Source: Octopus bimaculoides
Lineage: Eukaryota
Reading direction: 5' to 3'
Assembly (NCBI RefSeq): GCF_001194135.2
Contig: NC_068986.1
Location: 52,971,612-53,023,810 of the forward strand
DNA: 52,199 nt
The notes below the pieces were generated by a model, which was not told where the DNA came from, did no database searches, and saw nothing but the letters and a program-made list of their open reading frames with translations. Shown one piece after another: positions 1 to 12,053 of the stretch (its first letter is position 1; each line of letters begins with the position of its first letter). The translations under genes were made by a program, and so were the position numbers.

Positions 1-128
1 TCTAACATTTTTCTAACATTTTTAAATATATACTTTAACCAAGTAACACAAGCCTTCTGTAGTTTTTTCACTCTTATTATCTTTTATACATTCAACCACG
101 TGCTTTCACATACCAACTTTCTCACCTA

Positions 129-183
<55 letters not shown>

Positions 184-199
184 ATATGTATGTATATGC

Positions 200-235
<36 letters not shown>

Positions 236-240
236 ATATC

Positions 241-470
241 GGGAAGGATGGTTTACTTGGGTCGCTGGATCATGGGTTCGATTTTCGTCTGGAGCACCGC
301 AAAGCAAGCTTCATTTCACGTTGCTCTGCGATCATTTCGAAATCTGACACGTGACACACTTGTGTGCAGGCAATGTCGAGTTGATGGAAGGAAGGAGCTT
401 ATATGAACACAAACGTTTGATCACCGTAAACATATCATCTATGTGGCTTTCAGCAGGAAACTGCGTGAAT
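241..470 (+). mobile_element. SINE family D, degenerate copy
   Basis: B-box-like GGGTTCGATT at ~274. The body (ttcatttcacgttgctctgcgatcatttcga...gatggaaggaaggagct...gatcaccgtaaacatatc) aligns by eye with the copy at ~33805-34100. Confidence 0.65.
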
Positions 471-1065
471 TTGTGTGCAAGCGCGTGTGTGTGTCTGTTG
501 ACGTGCGTGTCTTTGTGTATGTGTGTGTGTGCGTGTGTGTGTGTGTGTACGTACATGCATACATGTGCTTCCATGTAAACATGTGCTTGCATGTGCATGC
601 ATATACGTACATAAATAATATCCACAGGAACACATTTTTCTATCTTCTCTGTTTAAACTATCAATCAATATATAAGTGTGAGTACGCGCGGTGCATTTAT
701 TTATATTTCTGTCTCTGCTGGTATATGCATTATTTGTCTATCTGTCTGTCTGTTTCAATCATTCAATCTCTCAATCTGATAAAAATGTGTTCTAGCAACT
801 ATGTACGTTAGGACCTGAAGCCTAGATTAAACTTCAACAGAAAATAAAAACGCATTTGAAAATTATCTGATTAAGACAAAGAAAAGGCAGATAATTTTTT
901 GCCAAAAGTGTAATAAACATTCAGAAAACTTTCAAAAAAACTAATATAAAAGTAACGTAAGGAAAAGTTAAAAAGCAATTTTGGAGACGAGATGGCGGAA
1001 AGAAAGCTACAAAGAAGTATTTCATAGAGGAATATGATTAAAATGAATTAGAAAAAATACTTACG

Positions 1066-1586
1066 CCATATATGTGTGCGTGTGTGTATATATGTGTGTG
1101 TATGTATATGTATATGTATATTTATGTACGTGTATATATTTGCGCATAAATATGTACGTATATGTATATATAGATATGTACGTGTATATACGTGAGCATA
1201 TATGTGTATGCATATGTACGTATATATATATATGTATATATATGTATGTATTTTTGTATGTATGTATGTATGTATGTATGTATGTATGTATGCATGTATG
1301 TATAGACATACACATATATACATATTCACACACTCATAATTTATGTACTTATGAAAGAGATAAAAATATATATGCGTATGTTTGTTTCCCTATACAGAGG
1401 TATGAATATATATACATATATGCAGAGAGAAAGAGAAATATATACAAACATATATATACATATGTGTAATATATGTATATGTGAGTTGATATATCCATAT
1501 ATGTATGAATGCTTATTTTATATGGATAATGCATGTTTATATATACGTAAGAATACATAAGCATATTGTATATATAAACATATATA

Positions 1587-1628
<42 letters not shown>

Positions 1629-1818
1629 TATATATGTTTATATATATATACAAGCGCATACAAGGACTTAAACAGACATTACTACGTGTGCAGTTGTAAT
1701 AGTTTATATGTAAAATATGAACGTATATGTGTATATATATGTATAATACGTATATATACACATATACCTTCTGTGTATGCCTGTATATGTTTATATACAT
1801 ACATATGTGTGTATATAC

Positions 1819-1862
<44 letters not shown>

Positions 1863-1905
1863 CTGTACCATATGTACGTATATCGTTAGAGATAAAGAAA
1901 GAAGA

Positions 1906-1937
<32 letters not shown>

Positions 1938-1950
1938 CAGACAGAGAGAG
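1066..1950. repeat. Extended cryptic (TA/TG/TATG)n low-complexity tract ending in (TG)n and (GA)n
   Basis: Directly visible. It explains all the YIYI/CVCV/HTHT pseudo-ORFs here. Confidence 0.95.
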
Positions 1951-2955
1951 AGTCAAAGGGAAAGAACAAAACATAACCAATAATGTTTAGTAATTCTATT
2001 GTTCTAGTTATTTCAATATTTGATGTTATTTCTCTATATATAAATAACTGATATTGAAGCTATGATATTTCTTTTTGTTTTTTGTGAACGTTAAAATTCC
2101 TGAATATTTGCTTTTAAAATCAATTTTAACTGTTTAACTCTCTCACTTTTTTAATGCTTTCAATGCTTGCGCCGCGGCCATATTCAGCCACTCTTTTCAA
2201 AGATTGCAGTCGTTCATATCGGCTCCAGTACGTATTTCAGTCTGGACCTTGTTTCATCGATCAACGGTTTCATTACGAGATATGAAGGAACAAAGCATAA
2301 ATAAAATTATTGATTTTCAAAGCGGCATAACCCCAAATACACATATACACATAATTAGATATCTAAGATTCTGATAAACTAACAGACATATGTAAAAGAT
2401 TATCCCAAATAAATGTATTTATTCCTTCGAAATGTACTTTACTTTTCCTTTCCGTATGATAGATTTGTGTAGAAATGAGGACAATGTAGCTGAAAATTAA
2501 GATGGTAGCCAGACTAACTGTGTGAAAGCAAAGTTTGCTTAGATGATGTACTAGTGGAGCCATGAAACTGTTGACAATTCCCTACTCCCGTTAGTCTATT
2601 TGTCTCGATGCTTTTATATTTGTTTGAGTTCATATAGTGGTGTACATGTCCGGTTATCTAATTTATTTATGTACATTTTGTACTCGTATGTACATCTATA
2701 AATATGCATTGGCTAGTATTTATAAGTATTTCTATAACTGTATTTCTATAAGTATTTATATAAGTGTATCTCTATAAATGCATGACTATAAGTATTTCTA
2801 TAAGTGTATGTGTGGATATATGAGCATATTATGCGGCAATGTGAATACATAGGTATATGTAAATATACATAACTCTGGATGTGGCTTCTCACCCGCAAAC
2901 CGTATCATATATACATATGATATGATAACACATTTATTGGTAGTTACATGTATAG

Positions 2956-3106
2956 ATCAAAGCAGTTTGATTCAGACATCTAGGCACTCTTAGTTTCAAG
3001 CGTGTGGCAAGTCTTTGGTCAATGGGGTCAGACCCCAATGACTGAAAACTATCCACAGGCTTGAAACTCAGAGTGCCAAGGTGTTTGAATCAAACTGTTT
3101 TGAGAT
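2956..3106. repeat. ~150-bp imperfect palindrome (foldback/MITE-like)
   Basis: Arms 2956-3029 and 3031-3106 are reverse complements (atcaaagcagtttgattcagacatctaggcactc... versus ...gagtgccaaggtgtttgaatcaaactgttttgagat), centred on ggggtc-a-gacccc. Confidence 0.85.
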
Positions 3107-3497
3107 AGATAGATAGAGAGAGAGCGAGAGAGAGAGAGAGAGAGAGAGAGAGNNNNNNNNNNNNNNNNNNNNNNNNNNNNNNNNNNNNNNNNNNNNNNNN
3201 NNNNNNNNNNNNNNNNNNNNNNNNNNNNNNNNNNNNNNNNNNNNNNNNNNNNNNNNNNNNNNNNNNNNNNNNNNNNNNNNNNNNNNNNNNNNNNNNNNNN
3301 NNNNNNNNNNNNNNNNNNNNNNNNNNNNNNNNNNNNNNNNNNNNNNNNNNNNNNNNNNNNNNNNNNNNNNNNNNNNNNNNNNNNNNNNNNNNNNNNNNNN
3401 NNNNNNNNNNNNNNNNNNNNNNNNNNNNNNNNNNNNNNNNNNNNNNNNNNNNNNNNNNNNNNNNNNNNNNNNNNNNNNNNNNNNNNNNNNNNNNNNN

Positions 3498-3565
3498 ATA
3501 TATTCTTTTATTGTCGTACTGGTTTCAGCTAGAGGCTGGAGCTATGCTGGAGTACCGCCTTTCAA
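3498..3565 (-). mobile_element. SINE 3' tail of family-B type
   Basis: Minus strand reads aaggcggtactccagcatagct...tgaaaccagta...aaaagaata, matching the family-B tail at 7961-8030 (aggcgctgctccagcatggccacagtcaaatgactgaaac). Confidence 0.6.
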
Positions 3566-3573
3566 TAAGGACG

Positions 3574-3665
3574 CGCCCGTAGACGGACTCAAACTTTCGA
3601 CCTTCAAATAACTTCTAAGGTTAACTCATAAAAGTCTGGTGCTCTACCGACTGAGCTGCATGCAG
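3574..3665 (-). pseudogene. tRNA-Lys(UUU)-like pseudogene or SINE head retaining a 19-nt intron
   Basis: Minus strand has D-arm GCTCAGTCGGTAGAGC, anticodon loop CT-TTT-A, a 19-nt insert after position 37 (plus-strand 3610-3628), then ATTTGA-AGGTC, T-loop TTTGAGT and 3' acceptor TACGGGC-G. The 5' acceptor strand and T-stem are degenerate and there is no CCA. Confidence 0.75.
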
Positions 3666-4002
3666 AAAAGAATACATCTGCACATTTTTTTCTTTTTTAA
3701 CTTTTACAGTCAACTATATAGTATATTTAATTTAAGTCTGTCCGACGTACGTTTCTGCAGCATAGACATCTCGCAATCGCATTTGCACCCAGTTTCATTC
3801 ATCTGGTTAAGCGTCTATGCAGCGCTGGTTTAGCTAACATTATATTTGGTAGGGAACTGTAGTTTTTTGAGTCCAAAGAATGTGAAAGGAATATTTGTAA
3901 ACCTGGTACGGTTATAAAAATGATTCTGACCTGGGTTTGGATTTCGAATCATTAATACTAGATCCTAAATTAGGTCAGAATATGTTTCACTCACTAACCT
4001 TA

Positions 4003-4172
4003 AGTGAATTACAAATTGATGAGCTTCAGGTCACTAAGTCAGATATAATGTAGGGATATGAGATAAGTAGAACACACTCATAAGGCCAATCTGAATCTTT
4101 ATATAAATCAAGTTTAAATCTTTCTCTTCCATTCTTTGATAGACAAGAAAGCTGCATTTATAGCTGTTGTAG
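4003..4172 (+). repeat. Local repeat, copy 1 of 3
   Basis: tataaatcaagtttaaatctttctcttccattctttgata recurs directly at ~4560-4600 and inverted at ~5447-5490. Confidence 0.85.
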
Positions 4173-4324
4173 TTGTTCACATCATGTCACCTCTGTATTA
4201 TTAAACTTTCGTAATAATACATGGTTAGTGTTTGCATTCTCGTACATATATGAGTTTCTTAATGTAGTTTATGATTGCATTGAATTTTTCCTTTCCTTTG
4301 TGTCTCCTTATCATTTTATACATG

Positions 4325-4327
4325 CAT

Positions 4328-4400
<73 letters not shown>

Positions 4401-4430
4401 CAGTCAGATAGACAGAAGATAGATAGTCCA
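4325..4430. repeat. (GATA)n microsatellite
   Basis: Directly visible. Confidence 0.95.
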
Positions 4431-4539
4431 CTGTTGGACTGTTATAACGCCCATTCCGGTATAGCAGTATAGGTAGTTAGACAAGACTACCTAATGACCG
4501 TCTACTCGACTGACACTCTCTTGACTTCCTACGTCACAA

Positions 4540-4631
4540 GCCAATCCGAATTTTTATTGATATAAATCAAGTTTAAATCTTTCCCTTCCATTCTTTGATA
4601 GACAAGAATGCTGTATTTATAGTTGTCGTAG
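4540..4631 (+). repeat. Local repeat, copy 2 (direct)
   Basis: Aligns with 4085-4172 (gccaatc...gatagacaagaa...tttatag.tgt.gtag). Confidence 0.85.
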
Positions 4632-5446
4632 GAAAAGTGGAAAAGAAACAAGATTCATGAAAACCTTTCGATTCATACTGTGTAATATGATGTAAGTTAA
4701 CGCTGCATTATTTGAAATTAATATTTTCTGGCTGACATACTTTTATAAAGCTTTGACAGAAAAAGTATTGATTCTTAGAATGTTTAATTAAAATGTCGCC
4801 ATTGACTGATGCGAAAATAGTACGAAATAACAAGGCAACATGTCGGCTATTGATATTATCGATATTCTATGAATATCTATAGAATCTATAGGATCGGTGA
4901 GGCTATGTAGATATTCTAAACTAAAGATGCGCTACAGTAGAATTTAATGTATGAATGTAGGGTGATATGTATAGCAAGAATAAATGTATAAAAGATGACT
5001 AATTGAATAGTATATATATACTATTATATGCATATTGACATATTTGTACATATATATGTGTGTGTGCTTATATGCGGGAGTATATGTGTGTTTACATATA
5101 TGTATTATGCATATGTCAGTGTAGGTACATATATGTATACTTGTCTTTATTTGCGACTGATCGAGCATGTACAACTATTCCATCAATTTTAAAAACCAAA
5201 CCGCAATTAAATTAACTGCCCAAATGTAATTTTTATCAACCAATAAGATTTGTGAGATTTCAAATCTCTGTGCACTTTTTTTTTTCAGGACGTTTAAGAA
5301 GGCCGTAAATCTATTTCATAAATAGTTATCTTTAAAGAATATAAATAATTGTCTTTGAGATAGATAAGTGCATTACAAAGAACGCAAACACTAGTGTAAC
5401 TATTGATTTTTGTTTTTTTAGTTTAAAATAATGTATACATAGATAT

Positions 5447-5606
5447 TATCAAAGAATGGAAGAGAAAGATTTAAACTTGATTTTATATAAATAAAGATTC
5501 TACTTATCTCATATCTCTACATTATATCTGACTTAGTGACCTATAGTCAATATATTTACATTATATCTCACTTAGTGAGTTGAAGCTCACTAATTTGTAA
5601 TTCACT
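5447..5606 (-). repeat. Local repeat, copy 3 (inverted, with an internal ~21-bp tandem duplication)
   Basis: Reverse complement aligns with 4003-4142. acattatatct(g/c)acttagtga occurs at ~5519 and ~5558. Confidence 0.85.
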
Positions 5607-7103
5607 GCATTGTGGAGTGTAGAAAGCAAGGTGAGACAAATAAGACACCTTAATAATCCATTGCATCCGTCTCCATCTCCAGCCGGCTTGATCTGGTCTT
5701 CCCACAGAATTGAAGTTTCTCACGGTCGAAACAGTGAGGTTGACGGTACGCAACTCTTCTTTAAGCAAAGTCATTAATTATACTTCAAGACTTAGACCCA
5801 AATCCTAGGATGACTAGATGACCCTCGTTGCTTCGATGGATGAACCTCATCTTTTTCACTCAAGTTCGAATTCTTTTAATTTTAGAGGAAAGATATGTGA
5901 GAGTTTATGGCATTCATACTCTCCACGAGAGTAGCATAGGCTAACTTATAGACATGATGTCTGAGAGCTGGAGTGTTTCACTGTTTCACAAGGAAACGCA
6001 TATACATTCTGTACATCATCTCTCCATTTAATTTTCTAATTATCTTGAATAAGAATCCTAATTTCTAGATAAGCTTTCTGCATTGTTCCAGCTATCACCT
6101 CGTGGAAAACTATTACTCTGATTCGCTAAACCTTAAAGTACAAACCTGCATTAGCTACTAGCCTTTTAGAAGTTTGAAGACCACAAAAATAATTAACCAT
6201 AGCTGTTTGTCAAGTGAAATGTATGTGAGATAGAGATACTTATAAATGTATTTATTAATCGTCTTGTCGTCCGTGCTGATATAGTAACAGCTAATCAGTC
6301 GAAATGTTAGCACTTCAAGCGTTATGTCTGGTATTGCGATGTGTTGAAAGTCAACAAACCTAAAACTCAATAACATGTCCATCCCTTTTTACTTAGAGTG
6401 GTATTATTTAAGAATCTTAATAAAAAGTAACACTCCACGATCAAAGAGTTGTGGATTAATTTGTACTTTTGAGTTCAATTGCATATCTTGCCCCAACCGA
6501 ACGAGAAGTATTTGCGTCATTCCTGAACTTGCCAGAAAATAGCCAAATCTCCCAGATAGCCTTATGTAAATTAGCACCTATTATCGTGAGCATCAAAAAT
6601 CCAATCGGAAATAATTACGTGATGACAAAAAGAAAATATTGGCTTAATGACCAATATTATAAACATGTAGCCTAGCATGGGAGACAACTCTATGTATGTT
6701 AAGATCTCTTACATCTTTGCGAAATTTAATTGTTGAAGTGGTGTGAAGACAATCAAATAGTAGATTAGTTCAAATTATAAATTAGCATAAATTAGCATAA
6801 ATCACTTAGAGAAGTTATTCAGGGACGTCATCTGCTTGAGAAACAAAATATTTCAGTTTCTTTATTATTATTTTGTACAGGAAATATGAAATATTTGCTG
6901 TTCATGCTACTAGACCGCTTTTTAAGCGGAGTACAGACAATTGAATCGACTCAATATTAAGCTGATACTTTTGTTCTCGAGTCTGGAATATTGAAAAACA
7001 TTAATCATTATTATCATTAGAATTGGTTTCAAATTTTGGTGCAAGGCCAGCAATACTGGGGGAGGGGTGAGTCCATTACAGGATGAAATGACAGAATTTT
7101 AAC

Positions 7104-7165
7104 ACAGGACGAAATGCCGCTAAGCGTTTCGCCTCGAGTGCTAACAATTTTGCCAGCTCGCTGCC

Positions 7166-7167
<2 letters not shown>
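7104..7167 (-). mobile_element. SINE family A, head fragment
   Basis: Reverse complement ggcagcgagctggcaaaattgttagcactcgaggcgaaacgcttagcggcatttcgtc matches the family-A head. It abuts an (AAT)n tract at 7168-7236. Confidence 0.7.
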
Positions 7168-7238
<71 letters not shown>

Positions 7239-7458
7239 TCCATGGCCACAATTTTTAGGGCTGTCTATGAAATCTATCCCAGTAAAAGAAAAAATAAAGT
7301 CAACATTAGCGGGATTTGTGAGTGAAGCGGCACTGCTAATCGATACTACTAACACTCTACTCATTCTCTAGCATTCTACTAATTCCTTGTAAAGCTATTG
7401 AACAACCTAATGACAGAACCATGTATAAATGTATGTGTGTAAGTGTGTGTGTGTGTGT

Positions 7459-7499
<41 letters not shown>

Positions 7500-7960
7500 A
7501 TTACCGGTGTAAATATGTATGTTTCATCACTTCTGTATTTAATGCTCAATATGGAAGCTCTTCAGAAAAAAACTTTGTATATCAACTGACAAATCGCCTA
7601 AGCCCCTCTTTAGTTTCTATAAAAAAACTTTATTGGAGAGATCAAATTGCACGAACACAATCCAACATTTCAAATTTTTTAACAAGATTTCGGCTTTTCT
7701 TTCTTGTTTTCATATTTAACATTTTTTGATTTTATCTTCTTTATTTGCTTTACTTTTGGGGTTTGTTCTTATCTTCTTACGCGCACGCATGCGCACAGCA
7801 ACTACCTCTTTTTCTGCTTCTGACTGTAATAATTCTTTGAATACCATTGACCATCGACATCACATCCATATCATTACTTAATCCGTGTAAAATGTTCCAA
7901 TATAAGTGATGTATGCAATTACCTTTAAGTACTCTAAATATATTTTCCATTCAAACACAA

Positions 7961-8180
7961 TTTTCATTTCCTCTTTTACACGTTTCAGTCATTTGACTGT
8001 GGCCATGCTGGAGCAGCGCCTTTAGTCCAACAAATCGACCCAAGGACTTATTCTTTGTAAGCCTACTACTTATTCTATCGGTTTCTTTTGCCACACCGCT
8101 AGGTTTCGGGGATACAAACACACCAACATCGGTTGTCAAGCGATGGTGGGTGACAAACACAGACACAAAAGCAAACGCAC

Positions 8181-8217
<37 letters not shown>

Positions 8218-8453
8218 NNNNNNNNNNNNNNNNNNNNNNNNNNNNNNNNNNNNNNNNNNNNNNNNNNNNNNNNNNNNNNNNNNNNTATATATACACGATT
8301 GGCTTCTTTCAGTTTCTGTCTACCAAATCGTCTCACAAGACTTTGGTCAGCCCGAGGCTATAGTAGAAGACACTTACCCAAGGTGCCACGCAGTGGAACT
8401 GAACCCGGAGCCATGTGGTTGGGAAGCAAGCTTCTTACCACACTACCACGCCT
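7961..8453 (-). mobile_element. SINE family B (tRNA head, CORE-like motif, internal microsatellite), near full length
   Basis: Head with GGGTTCAGTTCC B-box and CORE-like GGCACCTTGGGTAAGTGTCTT. Collinear with 39801-40105. A central (TA)n tract contains the N gap. Confidence 0.85.
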
Positions 8454-8900
8454 ATTTATTTCTCCTTTTCGTTTCGGAAATGGGTGAGGACTGCTATTTT
8501 TTCACTTCGTTTTTCTTTTTTTATTTATTTATTTGTTTTTACTGTTCATTCTGGTTTCCAAATGAGTGCCAATTAATCACTCTTGGCACAAAAGAAATAA
8601 TACTTCAAATTTAGAAGCCTAGATAATTCCTGCTCGCATGTTAATGGTCGTTGAGGGATGAACGTGCATAAACGAAAGCTTTATTATCGTTCAACAACTT
8701 CTAAATAAACGCCCCGAGCTATCTGAAATGTTCTGTTCTAGCATTTGGCATCAATTACAGTAAATTTTCATTCCAGATAGCAAATTCCATTTCCAAATTT
8801 TCAACCAAAGTCGGGGAAAAAATTAAGCAGGAAAGCCAAAGCTCATAAATACACACAGAGAGACAAACACATACACGCACACACACACACACACACACAT

Positions 8901-8964
<64 letters not shown>

Positions 8965-9211
8965 TGAGAGAGAGAGCGGGGGGGGAGAAAGTACTCAATG
9001 CGGAACGTATGGAGTCTGAAAGGCTTTTTTATTTGATAAAATTGGCGTTTTACAGGATAGCCTAGCCATTGTGTCAATATCCTTCAAGAGGCCATGTGTG
9101 GGTGTTTGTGTGTACATATATACATACGTATGTACATAAATGAGTGAGTTAGTATATGTAAATATTCTTCTCTACTCTAGGTAAAAAAAAAACCCCGATT
9201 TTCGGGTGAAG

Positions 9212-9378
9212 TGAGGATGCAGTCGATTAGATCAACCCCAGTACGCAACTGGTACTTAATTTATCGGCCCTGAGAAGTGAAGTCGACCTCGGCGGAATTT
9301 GAACTCAGAGCATAAGACAGACGAAATACCGCTAAGCATTCTCCCTGCGTGCGAACGTTTCTGCTAGCTCGCCATCTT
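9212..9378 (-). mobile_element. SINE family A
   Basis: gtcgacctcggcggaatttgaactcag...gaaataccgctaagcatt...ctgctagctcgcc matches other family-A copies. Confidence 0.85.
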
Positions 9379-9849
9379 AGTATGTGTAAATATTAGTAAA
9401 GATGTCGAATGGTGAAATGGTAATATAACCTATCAAATATCTTTACTTTTCTCAGCTCAAAAGCCACCGAGATTAATTCCTATCTCTGCCCAAGCAATGC
9501 CGAAAAACCTAAAATATGCCGATAAAAACACTGAGAGTTGATTAAATCGACCATACTTCTTGTGCTATAAATCTGTAGTCTGCATTATGTCAATATGAGA
9601 AATCAATACTTTGTCTATTACAATTTTGCTTTGATGTTTTAATTTAAATGGCTTAAAGCAGCGGATGGAGGCTGACAAACACCGCTGAAGACATTGATAC
9701 TAATGCTTTACTAGTATATGATAATACTTATCTAACACAGAATTTGATAAAACGAGGTGACCATTGGATGTTTTACACTTTAGATCCAATCTTTAAAGCT
9801 TCGATACGTACTCGGCCAGGACACGTGGCTTTGAATTGCTAAGGCATTG

Positions 9850-10004
9850 AGTTACTACGCCGGGCCATATCTACCTTTCTGTGGTTTCCTGTCATTCTTT
9901 CGGAGTCGATAAATTAAGTATCAGTGAAACACTGGGATCGATGTAATCGATTAGTCCCCTCTCCCAAAATTTCAGGCCTTGCGCCTTTAGTAGATAGGAT
10001 TATT
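9850..10004 (+). mobile_element. SINE family A, deleted head and intact 3' end
   Basis: tttcggagtcgataaattaagtatcagt...ggatcgatgtaatcgatt...aggccttgcgcctttagtagataggattatt. Confidence 0.75.
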
Positions 10005-10016
10005 CTATCTCCTTAG

Positions 10017-10110
10017 GGCGCTGAGCTGACAGAATCGTTTGCATGATTCTGAGTACAAATGCCCCTGAGGTCGACTCTGCCTTTCATCCTTCGGGGCCGA
10101 TAGAATAAGA
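10017..10110 (+). mobile_element. SINE family A, internally deleted copy
   Basis: ggcgctgagctgacagaatcgtt joined to ttctgagtacaaat...gaggtcgactctgcctttcatccttcgggg. Confidence 0.7.
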
Positions 10111-10934
10111 TCTGGGACCCAGAGTCGAGAATATTCATCGATGGCCCATGCTCCATGGGGTGGGGAACAGAGGGCTTAATTAAACTATCAAGGACAAAAT
10201 CATCCAATGTTACCGGCTCTTTTTTAAAAATAATACAGTGTGAATACTGGAATCGATGTAGTCTACTAGGCCCCACGCTTCCGTAGATTTCAGGCCTTTG
10301 TCTACGTTACGCATTTTTGTAACTGTGCAATTTGAATTTAAAATTTCGTGACACATTCTAATACTGTATTCGATACTCTTGGGAATCACTTAGAAAACAC
10401 TGCTATACAGCCTTTAAAATGAGGGGCACATTAAGGGATGTAACCCTACATAGATTATGTCAGGAAATTAGAGTGATACCATTTATTCTTTCACTGATTC
10501 CAGTCACTGTACAGCGCCCATACTGCAGCAAACTCCATTCGCAAGGTAGTAGCCAACAAACCAGAGTTTATAGTAGACGATGCTCGTACAATTTACTGCA
10601 CAGAGGAATTGAAGGTGAAACATCGTTGCTGCGATTTTCTCAACTACTCAACTATTTCTAATAGTTAGTGCAGTAAAAGCTTTCAATCGCACGTCTGCCT
10701 TTTCGGTCTGCTGACCTAGGGCTAAACAGTTACACAACAAAAATAACAAATACATTAACAGTTAAAAATATTACATTGTAAGAGCCAGTAATAGAGAGTA
10801 GTACAAATGGTGCATCAGAAATTGATCAGGAATATTACTAATACCCACTACCTCCAGTCATAATACTTGTCACGTCATCGTACCATATCGATTAAATAGT
10901 TTTGGCGACAAAAATATATTTTTCAATAAAAACT

Positions 10935-10981
<47 letters not shown>

Positions 10982-11144
10982 GTATGCATACATATCCAGA
11001 CATACATATCCAGACATACATATAGATAGGTTTACGTATGTATATAAAAAATATATATTATACATACATAAGCATACATACATACTTACACACACACACA
11101 CGCTCCCACACTCACAGACACACAGACACACACACACACACACA

Positions 11145-11189
<45 letters not shown>

Positions 11190-11634
11190 GCATGCTCGCG
11201 CTCGTAAAAGAGAGTCTATCTGGATTCGAACTATCCCATTAAATGTTTCTTAATCGATGGCAATCGATTTATTGAAGTAGAACACTATCAATTCTTAACA
11301 TATTGGTGCCTTGGATTTTTATCTTTTATTCCAATATTTTTCCTTGGAGTAATGTAATGGCGGAATTATTCGCTCTTAGAATATGAGGAATATGTCAAAA
11401 TAAAACGTACCATTGATTGAAAATGTCAAAAAATGTTTTTATCGAAAGATTTCTATATTTCTTGAATTACGATTCCTCCGCATTTATTTTTTATTCCGCT
11501 TTCTACTTCAGTTAATACATATAACTGACTGCCTGTCCCTTTATATGTATCCATATACATTCCATATATATTTCTATACACTCTATATGACATTTTGTGT
11601 TCCTCTTCCTCTACCCGTTCTTTGTTTTTATGTT

Positions 11635-11665
<31 letters not shown>

Positions 11666-11822
11666 CGATATACTTTTTCGTTCATTTATTTTTGCAATAA
11701 AATATCTCTGAACAACAAAGGATAGATTTTAAAATGGAGAAGAATGAGTAGAATAAATGATTATGAATAGAAATATGTTTTTGGAGATAGATAAATAGAT
11801 AGACAGATATATATATATATAA

Positions 11823-12053
11823 ATTCTTTATTGCCCTCAAGGGGCTAAGCATAGAGGGGACAAACAAGGACAGACAAAGGGACTAAATCGATGACATCGA
11901 CCCCAGTGCGTAACTGGTACTTATTCAACCGACCCCGAAAGGATGACAGGCAAAGTCGACCTCGGCGAAATTTGAACTCAGAACGTAACGGCAGGCGAAA
12001 TACGGTTAAGCATTTCGCCTGGCGTGCTAACGATTCTGCCAGCTCGCCGCCTT
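11823..12053 (-). mobile_element. SINE family A, full length (tRNA-type A/B boxes, distinct 3' tail)
   Basis: Minus strand: ggcggcgagcTGGCAGAATCGttagcacgccaggcgaaatgctt...ttctGAGTTCAAATttcgccgaggtcgactttgcc...ttagccccttgagggcaataaagaat. Confidence 0.9.

Noticed and set aside
100-1983. Many overlapping 60-147 aa ORFs
   Set aside because: They are translations of TA/TG/GA repeats (YIYI, CVCV, ERER) with no domain content.
2130-2300. CpG-rich patch, possibly an exon or Tc1 remnant
   Set aside because: No convincing motif in six frames and no termini.
2690-2810. Short repeated units (tatttctataag), superficially array-like
   Set aside because: Degenerate minisatellite without unique spacers. 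Not CRISPR, and the context is eukaryotic.
5568-5774. 68-aa minus-strand ORF in unique-looking DNA
   Set aside because: No recognisable family, and its 3' part runs into the local inverted repeat.
6881-6960. Strong-looking acceptor (ttttgtacAG) followed by short frames (MKYLLFMLL.. or KYEIFAVHATRPLFKR..)
   Set aside because: Both frames stop within 27 codons, with no good donor and no homology I recognise.
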